A stretch of DNA of 64,000 bases, from the NCBI GenBank assembly GCA_948603215.1, contig CAPECJ010000002.1, positions 171,805-235,804 of the forward strand. Direction: 5' to 3'. This stretch comes from an uncultured Alistipes sp. (GTDB lineage: Bacteria; Bacteroidota; Bacteroidia; Bacteroidales; Rikenellaceae). The notes below the pieces were generated by a model. It was given only the letters and a program-made list of their open reading frames with translations, was not told the origin of the DNA and made no database searches. Within the stretch, counting starts at the first letter, position 1; every line of letters begins with the position of its first letter. Position numbers and translations under genes: made by a program. Of the stretch, positions 10,002 to 18,270 are shown piece by piece.

Positions 10002-10772
10002 ATGCGTTACTTCGCTGAATTGAAATACGATGGTGCCGCTTATTGCGGATGGCAGCGGCAACCTGACCAACCGACCGTGCAGCAGACGCTCGAACGAGCG
10101 TTGTCGACATTGTTGCGGACATCGACCGAAGTGGTCGGTGCAGGACGCACCGATACGGGGGTCAATGCCTCCTACTATGTGGCTCATTTCGACGTTGCTG
10201 AACCGATAGCCGATATACGACAGTTTCTTCGCAAGCTCGATTTTCTGTTGCCGCCCGACATTGCCGTCAGTTCGTTGACACTGGTTTCCGATGCAGCGCA
10301 TGCCCGTTTTAGTGCGCGTGAACGCGAGTATCGTTATTTCATCGAGCCGCACAAGAATCCGTTTACGCGCGGCGGTTCGTGGCAGTATTACGTGCCGTTG
10401 GACGTGGTCCGCATGAATGAAGCGGCGGCCATGTTGTTGGAATTCGACGATTTCACTTCATTCGCCAAACTCAATTCGAACAATCATACGAATATCTGCC
10501 ACGTCCGGCGGGCCGACTGGATAATAGAACCCTCTGGAACGCTGTGTTTCACGATCCGCGCCGACCGTTTCCTACGAAATATGGTACGGGCAATTGTCGG
10601 CACGTTGGTCGATGTCGGTCGCGGTCGTTATTCGCCCGAGGAGTTCCGAGCGATCATCGCCAGTCGCGATCTCTCGCAGTCGAGTGCCGGAGCTCCCGCG
10701 CAGGGGCTATTTCTGAGCGATGTGAGCTACCCTCCCGAGGTTTTTACCAAGGTGAATTTTGCAAATAAGTGA
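10002..10772 (+). CDS. truA: tRNA pseudouridine(38-40) synthase
   Basis: YDGAAYCGWQRQP, GAGRTDTGV, HARFSA and FLRNMVRAIVG motifs. Confidence 0.96.
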   Translation: MRYFAELKYDGAAYCGWQRQPDQPTVQQTLERALSTLLRTSTEVVGAGRTDTGVNASYYVAHFDVAEPIADIRQFLRKLDFLLPPDIAVSSLTLVSDAAHARFSAREREYRYFIEPHKNPFTRGGSWQYYVPLDVVRMNEAAAMLLEFDDFTSFAKLNSNNHTNICHVRRADWIIEPSGTLCFTIRADRFLRNMVRAIVGTLVDVGRGRYSPEEFRAIIASRDLSQSSAGAPAQGLFLSDVSYPPEVFTKVNFANK

Positions 10773-10821
10773 AAGTTGAAGCCATCCGCTGAGGGGTTAA
10801 AGGCGAACGATCCTTTCTATC

Positions 10822-10866
10822 GCAATCAAAAAGGCAGAAGCTTATTGCTTCTGCCTTTTTGATTGC
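10822..10866. terminator. Bidirectional intrinsic terminator
   Basis: Perfect 20-bp inverted repeat GCAATCAAAAAGGCAGAAGC-ttatt-GCTTCTGCCTTTTTGATTGC between convergent genes. Confidence 0.85.
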
Positions 10867-10877
10867 TTTCGGGAGGA

Positions 10878-12041
10878 CTATTCCATTTCTTCCGGGTCGA
10901 TGATCTCGTGCGTGCGCAGGTCTACGAAGAATTCTTCCGACGTTTTGCCGCTACGCGTCATGGCGTCCTTGACTTTGACCACGTGTTTGCTTACCAGTTC
11001 ATATTCGCGGATTTCTCCTTTGAACACACCCACCTGCACTAACGTCTGCTTCTTGATGTCCGAAATCCAAAGCGTGCTGTCGTTCTGTGCGAAAACGCGT
11101 TCCGGATTGCCGAATGCGAATCCTTTGACGGTTTTCAAGGTCTTGATCCACTCTTTTTTACCGAGGTCATAGATATTTACTGCATCGTTGCTTCCGGTAA
11201 CATATGTACGTTCGGCTGTCCTGGCGAAAGTCTTGGGTTTGAAAGGAATTTCCCATATAGCCTCTTTGATGTCGATGGAGGTGCCGTTCTTCATATTGTC
11301 GGTCACCAGCGCCGGATCGAGTACACGAATCGTCTGCGCCTCGTAGGCCGTCAGCAGGATCCGCCCCAAAGTGTCGGTCTCCATGTAGTGGGCGGTGAAA
11401 GCGTTGTTGGAGGAATTTCCTTCGTTGGGACCGGCTTGTTTGTATCGGTTGATCTTCTGATAGTTTGCCGGCGTGACATCCGATTCCTTGTAGACACTGA
11501 CCTTACCGTCCTTATCACGGGCAAAAATCAGTCCGTCTTTTACGGTCATCGCCTGAGCCTGGAATACCGGACCGCTCCAGTTCCCGTTGCCGATGCAGGA
11601 GAAATACTTCATGTCCGGTAGCGAGAACACATGGATGAGCGATTGCCGCTCTGCTACGTAGAGCCGATTGTTCGTCGCCACGATCGCATTGATCGGGCTC
11701 GTGAATTTCTTTTCAGTGTTGTTGACCGTCCATGCGTTGATGGTTCCGAGCGGCCGTTTTGCCTTTTTGCTATAGAGAATCAAGCTGTTTCCCGCCGCTA
11801 AGTTGGCCACGAAAAGCGTGTCGCCGCGCTGGGCCACTGCGTAGGGGTTGAAATCGGCAGCCTGCTCCAGTCCCAGTGTCTCGTGGTTTACGGTCTGCAG
11901 CGCTTCGTAATTGTAGTACCAGTAGCTGGTATAGTTAAGGTTGTCCATGTCGTCGACATCGGGGATGGACGTTCCTTCTGTGCATCGCATGCTCGTTAGG
12001 ACACATGCCAGCAAAAGCGTATATGTGAAAGTGCGTTTCAT
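10878..12041 (-). CDS. Putative lipoprotein with beta-propeller (NHL/YVTN-like) repeats
   Basis: Signal peptide with Cys (LLAC13 or Cys20). Repeated blades of the type P-x-A-V...-L-Y/F-V (PYAVAQRGDTLFVA, NAIVATNNRLYVA, AQAMTVKDGLIFA). Confidence 0.7.
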   Translation of the reverse strand: MKRTFTYTLLLACVLTSMRCTEGTSIPDVDDMDNLNYTSYWYYNYEALQTVNHETLGLEQAADFNPYAVAQRGDTLFVANLAAGNSLILYSKKAKRPLGTINAWTVNNTEKKFTSPINAIVATNNRLYVAERQSLIHVFSLPDMKYFSCIGNGNWSGPVFQAQAMTVKDGLIFARDKDGKVSVYKESDVTPANYQKINRYKQAGPNEGNSSNNAFTAHYMETDTLGRILLTAYEAQTIRVLDPALVTDNMKNGTSIDIKEAIWEIPFKPKTFARTAERTYVTGSNDAVNIYDLGKKEWIKTLKTVKGFAFGNPERVFAQNDSTLWISDIKKQTLVQVGVFKGEIREYELVSKHVVKVKDAMTRSGKTSEEFFVDLRTHEIIDPEEME

Positions 12042-12059
12042 TGTGTTGTCCGGATTTTG

Positions 12060-14114
12060 TTAGTTGAGCTGACTCAAGGGAATAGCATAGAGGCACAGCC
12101 CGCCTACACGGTCGATGATGAACAACGTGTTGTGGCGGATCAGACATTTGGCCGGATTGTTCAGCTTGATGTCGCCGATGGTGGTCAGGTTCTTGATTAT
12201 CTTGCCCGTCTTGGGATTCACTTCGCAGAACTTCTCTTCCGTTTCCTTTCCTTCGAACGAGACGAACAGGCGGCCGTCGGGGCTCCAGGCCGCACCCAGC
12301 GGGCTGGCTTCGAAGACCAGTTCGGTGCCCGTGTTCAGCTTGCAGGCTCTCATGTGACGGGGGTCTATCAGCACCAGTTTTTTCGAATGGTAGTTGATTT
12401 GATAGACGTTGCCTGCAAAATCGGCGGTCATAGTGTTGTTGCTGTGTGCACCTAAATCGTTGCTCGATGCCATGTAACCATGGGCAAGATCGTGCTCGGG
12501 GAAAGCTCTCACAATGCCTCGGGATGCGTACAGCGTACCGTTGGTTGCAGCCAGGCCCACGGCGTCGAATCCCAGACCCAGCGTAGCGGTGCACTCGTAG
12601 GTTGCGGCGTCGAATTCGAAAAGCATGTTGTTGCTGCCGCCCAGATAGATCTTGTCGTGCGTGCGGATGATTTCTGCCGGAGTGCCGATTTTTTGTTCAT
12701 TGCCGTTGGGTAGCGTCCATTTGGTGAACTGCTTTTCGTGTACGGGCTTTCCCGTCGACAGATCGTAGACATCCCACGTGAAATTGCCCCGACGGATGTC
12801 GTTCGTCACATACATCTTGTTGCCGTATACATAGACGCTGCGCGGCATGTAATTTTTCTGTTCTACGCCCGCGTCGTTGTAGTCCAGTCTGAACGAGAGT
12901 TCGGGAGCGTCCTTTATTTCGCCCCAGTCGGTATCCAGAAAATCGTTGCCTCGGGCCAGACCGCCGTCCATTTCGTCGAGTTCGGGGTCTTCGATCACGT
13001 ATTTCGACGACCGGTAGTATCCGCCGCCGGGCAGGTAGGCAGTTTTGGAGTGGCGGCTGTGGAGGAAGCGGCGCGAGTAGACGGGCAGTTTCTTGGCCAG
13101 CGCCAATTCTTCGTACACTTTGCCGCACAGCGAGGGCCATCCGGGCCCCGTCTGTTCGTAGGTCATGTTGCCCGCATGGCCGTAGCCCAGGCAGTGGGCA
13201 TATTCGTGGAACATGGTTTCCGTGATGCTCGAATCGTCCGGGTATTGTTCGAAATAGACCGATTCGTGCATGCCGAACGTCTCGCCGCCGCCGAGTCCCA
13301 TCACTCCGGTGGTGTAGCCGAAGACCAGACCGCGGTGGCCGATCGCCTGCTTGAGCAGGGTTTCCTTGTTGATGAGCGTCAGGTTGGCGTTCGAGTGGAG
13401 CGGGCCCCAGCCGTTGAGTTCCGCGGCGAATTCGGGGCTGGAGTACATGTAGGCCATGTTCAGCGCCATCGCCACGCCTTCGCGGGCATGGCAGGCGTGC
13501 AGCGGATAGGCCCAGCTGGTCTGATTGGGGTTGTAGCGGCCGAAGCGGATGTGCCAATGGCAGGTGATCGCCTGTAGCGTTTTCCAGTAGGTAGCGTCGC
13601 TTTCGGCCGTCAGCGTGATGTTCTCCTTGGTCAGGTGAGGATTGGCCATGATCCGGATTAGCTTGCCGCTACGCGTTGCCGCCGTGATGTCCTGCGTGGC
13701 AAATGGCAGTTCCATCCGGAACTGGTGAAATGGCATGATCTTTTCGAAGACGAAGATTTTGAATTCTTCTTCGTAGCCCTCGATCTTGGCCCATACGGTC
13801 ACGTTCGGAAGCGCGCGCGGGCTGTAGAAGCGAAGCTGGAAGCAGAGGTTGTCGTCTACGGTCAGCTGCAGCGGCTGGTCGGTGTAGAACCAGCGTTCGT
13901 TGGTGTTGAAGAATACTTCCGACGGTTCATCGTCGTTAAGCATGTAGTAGGTGTTCTCCCCGTTGTAGTCGGACGTCGACAGACGAATGGGAAGACCGTC
14001 TGCAAATTTGTCGGTGATTTCATCGGGCGAAAGGCTCTCTTTTGTGCACCCGATCAGTAGTATAATACTGATTATCAGCCCCCCCCCGAGGTTTGAGGTG
14101 AAAAATCTTTTCAT
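12060..14114 (-). CDS. Lipoprotein with zinc metallopeptidase (HExxHxxGxxH) domain and C-terminal beta-propeller
   Basis: Lipobox LIGC, GLGGG motif, HEYAHCLGYGH (13176-13208), followed by propeller-like repeats (PRSVYVYGNKMYVT, PLGAAWSPDGRLFVS). Confidence 0.8.
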   Translation of the reverse strand: MKRFFTSNLGGGLIISIILLIGCTKESLSPDEITDKFADGLPIRLSTSDYNGENTYYMLNDDEPSEVFFNTNERWFYTDQPLQLTVDDNLCFQLRFYSPRALPNVTVWAKIEGYEEEFKIFVFEKIMPFHQFRMELPFATQDITAATRSGKLIRIMANPHLTKENITLTAESDATYWKTLQAITCHWHIRFGRYNPNQTSWAYPLHACHAREGVAMALNMAYMYSSPEFAAELNGWGPLHSNANLTLINKETLLKQAIGHRGLVFGYTTGVMGLGGGETFGMHESVYFEQYPDDSSITETMFHEYAHCLGYGHAGNMTYEQTGPGWPSLCGKVYEELALAKKLPVYSRRFLHSRHSKTAYLPGGGYYRSSKYVIEDPELDEMDGGLARGNDFLDTDWGEIKDAPELSFRLDYNDAGVEQKNYMPRSVYVYGNKMYVTNDIRRGNFTWDVYDLSTGKPVHEKQFTKWTLPNGNEQKIGTPAEIIRTHDKIYLGGSNNMLFEFDAATYECTATLGLGFDAVGLAATNGTLYASRGIVRAFPEHDLAHGYMASSNDLGAHSNNTMTADFAGNVYQINYHSKKLVLIDPRHMRACKLNTGTELVFEASPLGAAWSPDGRLFVSFEGKETEEKFCEVNPKTGKIIKNLTTIGDIKLNNPAKCLIRHNTLFIIDRVGGLCLYAIPLSQLN
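14079..14087 (-). repeat. G9 homopolymer tract inside the signal-peptide coding region (codons 10-12, Gly-Gly-Gly)
   Basis: Nine consecutive C on the plus strand; reads CTC GGG GGG GGG CTG on the coding strand. Confidence 0.95.
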
Positions 14115-14166
14115 CGTTCGCGTTGTTTACGATAGTTTAAAAAAGGTTTTTTGATCAAAACAGCCG

Positions 14167-14174
14167 CAAAGATA
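14167..14174 (-). promoter_or_regulatory. -7 promoter element for the metallopeptidase/propeller operon
   Basis: TATCTTTG on the minus strand, about 50 nt upstream of the ATG. Confidence 0.6.
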
Positions 14175-14230
14175 ATTATTTTTTGTTTTTCCGTCCGTTT
14201 TTGGTAATCGGGTGGTTTATGATGTGAAAC

Positions 14231-14260
14231 GCCGGACTATCTTGTTCCAGATAGCCCGGT
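14231..14260 (-). terminator. Probable terminator hairpin of lpdA
   Basis: Minus-strand CCGGGCTATCT-ggaaca-AGATAGTCCGG followed by CGTTT; the U-tract is weak. Confidence 0.5.
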
Positions 14261-14285
14261 GAAATAATGTTTCTCTGCTTTTTAT

Positions 14286-15662
14286 TTACAGATGTATCGC
14301 GTGTCCCAAAGCAGCTTCGGCTGCTTCCATAACTCCTTCGTTCATTGTCGGGTGGGCATGGATGGTTCGCGCAATGGATTGTGCTGTAGTACCCAGCGTG
14401 CGGGCCAGTGTCGGTTCCGCCAGCATTTCCGTGACGTTCGCTCCGACCATGTGGGCGCCCAGTAACCGGTCGTCCGTCCCGAACAGCAGTTTGATAAATC
14501 CGTCTCGGTCTCCGGCTGCGGTAGCTTTGCCAGAAGCCGTGAAAGGGAAGCGTCCGACCTTGTAGTCGATACCCTGCTCTTGAAGTTGCTGTTCGGTCGA
14601 ACCGACCGATGCGACCTCCGGTGAGGTGAAGATGCACGACGGAATCGTCGTGTAATCGACCGGTTTCGGATTGAGCCCGCAGATGTGCTCCACACAACAG
14701 ATTCCCTCTGCCGAAGCTACGTGGGCCAGCGCAGGCCCCGCAATGATATCGCCGATGGCATAGATGCCCGCGATATTGGTGCGGTAGTATTCGTTGACCG
14801 CGATTTTGCCGTGTTCGACCGATACGCCGACCTTTTCCAGCCCGATTTCTTCGATATTCGCTTGAATCCCGACTGCCGAAAGCACGATGTCGGCATTGAG
14901 TGTTTCCAGTCCTTTTTTACCTTCGATTTCCACTTGGCAGAGGCCGTCCGGTGCGACCGTAACCTGTTTGACCGTCGTTGAGGTGAGGACGGTCGCCCGA
15001 AGTTTGCGGAATGCACGTTCCATTGTCTTCGAGACCTCCTCGTCCTCGAGCGGCATCATGCGGGGAAGGTATTCAATGATCGTGACTTTCACCCCCAATG
15101 CGGCGTAGAACCATGCGAATTCACTGCCGATTGCACCCGAACCGACGACGATCATCGATTGTGGCAACTTCGTGAGTGTCAGCGCCTGCTTCGACGAGAT
15201 GATGTGCTCGCCATCGATCGGCATGAACGGCATTTCGCGCGGACGGGCTCCTGTGGCAAGGATGATATGCTCCGCTTCGTAGTCGGTGCCGTCCACATCA
15301 AGATGTCCGGGCACCGTGATGCGTCCGAATCCCTGAATCAGGTCGATTCCGTTCTTGTCGAGCAGAAAACGGATCCCTTTCGACATCGTTTCGGCCACGT
15401 TGCGCGAACGGGCGACGATTTTTTCCAAATCGGGCTTCACTTCGCCCGTAAGTTCCAGTCCGTAATGAGCGGCGGCCGTGCAATAGTTGTAGACCTGCGC
15501 ACTTTTCAGCAATGTTTTCGTCGGGATGCAGCCCCAATTGAGGCATATGCCCCCGGGTTCCGCCCGCTCGACGAGCGCGACCTTTTTGCCTAACTGTGCC
15601 GCCCGTATGGCTGCCACATAACCGCCCGGCCCGCTGCCGACGACGATAATATCGTATTTCAT
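14286..15662 (-). CDS. lpdA: Dihydrolipoyl dehydrogenase
   Basis: GSGPGGY FAD motif, redox CLNWGC (GGICLNWGCIP) and HAHPT motif. Confidence 0.96.
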   Translation of the reverse strand: MKYDIIVVGSGPGGYVAAIRAAQLGKKVALVERAEPGGICLNWGCIPTKTLLKSAQVYNYCTAAAHYGLELTGEVKPDLEKIVARSRNVAETMSKGIRFLLDKNGIDLIQGFGRITVPGHLDVDGTDYEAEHIILATGARPREMPFMPIDGEHIISSKQALTLTKLPQSMIVVGSGAIGSEFAWFYAALGVKVTIIEYLPRMMPLEDEEVSKTMERAFRKLRATVLTSTTVKQVTVAPDGLCQVEIEGKKGLETLNADIVLSAVGIQANIEEIGLEKVGVSVEHGKIAVNEYYRTNIAGIYAIGDIIAGPALAHVASAEGICCVEHICGLNPKPVDYTTIPSCIFTSPEVASVGSTEQQLQEQGIDYKVGRFPFTASGKATAAGDRDGFIKLLFGTDDRLLGAHMVGANVTEMLAEPTLARTLGTTAQSIARTIHAHPTMNEGVMEAAEAALGHAIHL

Positions 15663-15668
15663 AGCCGT

Positions 15669-17369
15669 TTATTTTTTCGGTACCCGCAGTACATCTCCGT
15701 TGTCCGCTGCGACGGCCCGTTTCCACCGGTCGTTGTAGCCGGGGAACTGAATTTTTGCGGGAATCCGTCGTCCGTTGCCGTTATCCACGAAGTGTGCCGT
15801 GTTGTCCTCCGCATCGAGGTAATGCAGCACGTCGGCCTGCTCGCTTTTCACGTTGCCGTCGATGTATTTTATCAACAAATATTCGTTGAGTTTCGACCAG
15901 CGGTCGAACAACTGACAGGCCGTATCGACCGAGTATTTCGTCAGATAGCGTGTGCGTTTTTTCGCCGGAAGTTTCTCGGCCTCCGAATCAACAAACGGAA
16001 TTTGTAAGTCCAATTTGGTGTTTTCCCATGTGTTGATGACCTTGCGGATGTCGGCTGCAATCAAGTCGTAGCGCATATAGGCGAAGTTGGTCGTGCGGTT
16101 GAAAAGCCAGAATGCAGAGGTCGGCGAATAGTCGAGCATCGAACCGTTGGCCTCGCTGAAGCATTCGGGAACTTCGGTCGTCGAACAATAAATCGGTGTC
16201 AGGCAGGAGGTCGCCGCATCGTCGACTCCGAACCAAAGGATGCCCATGTCGTCGGGCAAATTCGGACGGGCCTGCGCTACGAACCAGAATCCGGTTTGTT
16301 GCGTGGCTGTTGCGCGTTCGTTAACATAGGTTTCGCCATCCACTTCGAAATCCATCGGGCGCCAGCGATAAGGGCAGTTGTGCCCTCCGGCTCCGAGGTC
16401 GAGAGTCATATCCATCGGAGTGCCTTCGTAGTGGTCGCGCATACAGTCGAATACGGTTTTGGGCGACACTTTCATACTTGGCTTGACCCACAACGGCATC
16501 TTGTTGGCGGGATTGTGGCCCATCGCGTAGTCCTGATAGGCATCCATACCGTCGGCAACCGTGCGGAAGAATGCCCATACGCGGGCTTCGCAGCCACGCA
16601 ACGCTCCGAAATCGGCCGGACAATAAGCATCGCAGAAACTGAACTCCTCGTCCGAGCCGTTGAAGTAGCCCATCTCCCGTGCGAAAGAAATGACGTCGGG
16701 TGAGTAGAGGCAGTTTTCAGGGTCGCTCAGCGGGAACGATGTGATGCGCGACTGATTGGCATGGGCGCAGACATAGCCGTCGGGAATGCGTCGGGCAACC
16801 CACACGATGCCTTTGCGGGCATTGCCGCCAGTTCCGTCGTCGGCATAGCCTTTGCCGATCAACTCCATGATCCACGCTTCTTCGGTGTCGGCGATGGAGA
16901 ACGATTCTCCCGACGAGGCATAACCGTAGGTATCAGCCAGTTCGGCGATGGTTCGGATCGCTTCACGGGCCGTGCAGGCCCGTTGCAGCGTGATGTAAAT
17001 CAATGAACCGTAGTCCATTTTGCCGTTCGGATCGGCCAGTTCGTCGCGGCCGCCGAAGGTCGTTTCTCCGATGATGAGCGAATGTTCATTCATGTTGCCG
17101 ATGGTCGAATAGGTCTCGGCAACCTGCGGAATGTCGGTCAGATAGTGTCCTGTGTCCCATTCGTAGACGGGCATCATCGTGCCGGCTTTGTATCGGCCGG
17201 CCGGTGTGTGGTAGAGCGCACCGTACAGAGCGTGCGAATCGGCAGCATAGGAGACCATGATCGAACCGTCGGTCGATGCACCTTTGGTTACGATGAAGTT
17301 GGTGCAGGCCGATGCGGTTCCATAAGCGAGCACAGCAGTAGCGATAAGGAAATAACGGACTTTTTTCAT
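15669..17369 (-). CDS. C69 family dipeptidase (secreted Ntn hydrolase)
   Basis: Signal peptide then N-terminal nucleophile CT (ASA-CTNFIV), NMNEHSLIIGETTFGG and RTIAEL...YGY...GESFSIAD motifs. Confidence 0.9.
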   Translation of the reverse strand: MKKVRYFLIATAVLAYGTASACTNFIVTKGASTDGSIMVSYAADSHALYGALYHTPAGRYKAGTMMPVYEWDTGHYLTDIPQVAETYSTIGNMNEHSLIIGETTFGGRDELADPNGKMDYGSLIYITLQRACTAREAIRTIAELADTYGYASSGESFSIADTEEAWIMELIGKGYADDGTGGNARKGIVWVARRIPDGYVCAHANQSRITSFPLSDPENCLYSPDVISFAREMGYFNGSDEEFSFCDAYCPADFGALRGCEARVWAFFRTVADGMDAYQDYAMGHNPANKMPLWVKPSMKVSPKTVFDCMRDHYEGTPMDMTLDLGAGGHNCPYRWRPMDFEVDGETYVNERATATQQTGFWFVAQARPNLPDDMGILWFGVDDAATSCLTPIYCSTTEVPECFSEANGSMLDYSPTSAFWLFNRTTNFAYMRYDLIAADIRKVINTWENTKLDLQIPFVDSEAEKLPAKKRTRYLTKYSVDTACQLFDRWSKLNEYLLIKYIDGNVKSEQADVLHYLDAEDNTAHFVDNGNGRRIPAKIQFPGYNDRWKRAVAADNGDVLRVPKK

Positions 17370-17486
17370 GCTTTGTGTGTTTTGCGGTATAAAGATAGCA
17401 AACTATTCGGAAACGCCAAAAACGGAATCCGGTGCCGTTCGGAAAAGTTTTGTCGGCAGGCGGCTTTTTGTTGCAGGATTTTTGCG

Positions 17487-17494
17487 TAAATTTG
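17487..17494 (+). promoter_or_regulatory. -7 promoter element for yggS
   Basis: TAAATTTG, 4 nt upstream of the ATG. Confidence 0.6.
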
Positions 17495-17498
17495 TCGT

Positions 17499-18203
17499 AT
17501 GAATACCGAACAGAAAATGAATGTCGCTTGTCAGTTGTCGCTCGTACGGTCGACCCTTCCCGAGAGCGTGACGCTCGTCGCCGTTTCGAAGACGCATCCT
17601 GTTGAGGCACTTTGTGCGGCATACGATGCCGGTCAGCGCATCTTCGGCGAAAGCCGTCCGCAAGAACTGGCCGAAAAACAGAAGGCCTTGCCGAAAGACA
17701 TCGAGTGGCACATGATCGGCCATCTGCAAACCAATAAAATCAAGTTGATCGCACCGTTCGTCGCGTTGATTCATTCGGTCGATAGCGCGCACCTTGCCGA
17801 AGCCATTCAGCGCGAGGCGGCCAAGTGCGGACGCACGATCGATATATTGCTGGAAATTCGTGTCGCTGCCGAAGATACGAAAACCGGTTGGGATTTCACC
17901 GAACTGATGCAGTACGTGCGTTCGGCACCTTTCGCCCGAATGAACAATATTCGGGTGCGCGGTGTGATGGGCATCGCGACCAATACGACCGATGCACGGA
18001 CGATCCGACACGATTTCGGTGAACTGAAACGTTGTTTCGATCTGCTACAGCCCCATTTCGGTGGACGGTTTGATACGCTCTCGATGGGAATGTCGCACGA
18101 CTATGGCTATGCTGTGGAATGCGGCGCTACGATGGTGCGGGTCGGTTCGCTGATTTTCGGTGAGCGTGACTATTCGCAGAAACCGGAAGCAGTCATGCTT
18201 TGA
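17499..18203 (+). CDS. yggS: YggS/PROSC family PLP-binding protein
   Basis: LVAVSKT, FGESRPQE, WHMIGHLQTNK, LSMGMSHD and VRVGSLIFG motifs. Confidence 0.95.
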   Translation: MNTEQKMNVACQLSLVRSTLPESVTLVAVSKTHPVEALCAAYDAGQRIFGESRPQELAEKQKALPKDIEWHMIGHLQTNKIKLIAPFVALIHSVDSAHLAEAIQREAAKCGRTIDILLEIRVAAEDTKTGWDFTELMQYVRSAPFARMNNIRVRGVMGIATNTTDARTIRHDFGELKRCFDLLQPHFGGRFDTLSMGMSHDYGYAVECGATMVRVGSLIFGERDYSQKPEAVML

Positions 18204-18224
18204 AAGCAGGCTGCTTCCGGTTTC
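18179..18224. terminator. Long hairpin overlapping the yggS stop codon
   Basis: GAAACCGGAAGCAG / CTGCTTCCGGTTTC arms, with an inner TGCTTT/AAAGCA stem. Confidence 0.55.
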
Positions 18225-18239
18225 TTGCCGTTGGATTCT

Positions 18240-18267
18240 TCGCGCAGAGTATTCGCTCTCTGCGCGA
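18240..18267. terminator. Second hairpin between convergent yggS and M23 genes
   Basis: TCGCGCAGAG-tattcgct-CTCTGCGCGA. Confidence 0.55.
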
Positions 18268-18270
18268 TGT

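Noticed and set aside
14114-14286. Possible invertible promoter upstream of the metallopeptidase operon
   Set aside because: No inverted repeats flank the TATCTTTG element, and no recombinase is nearby.
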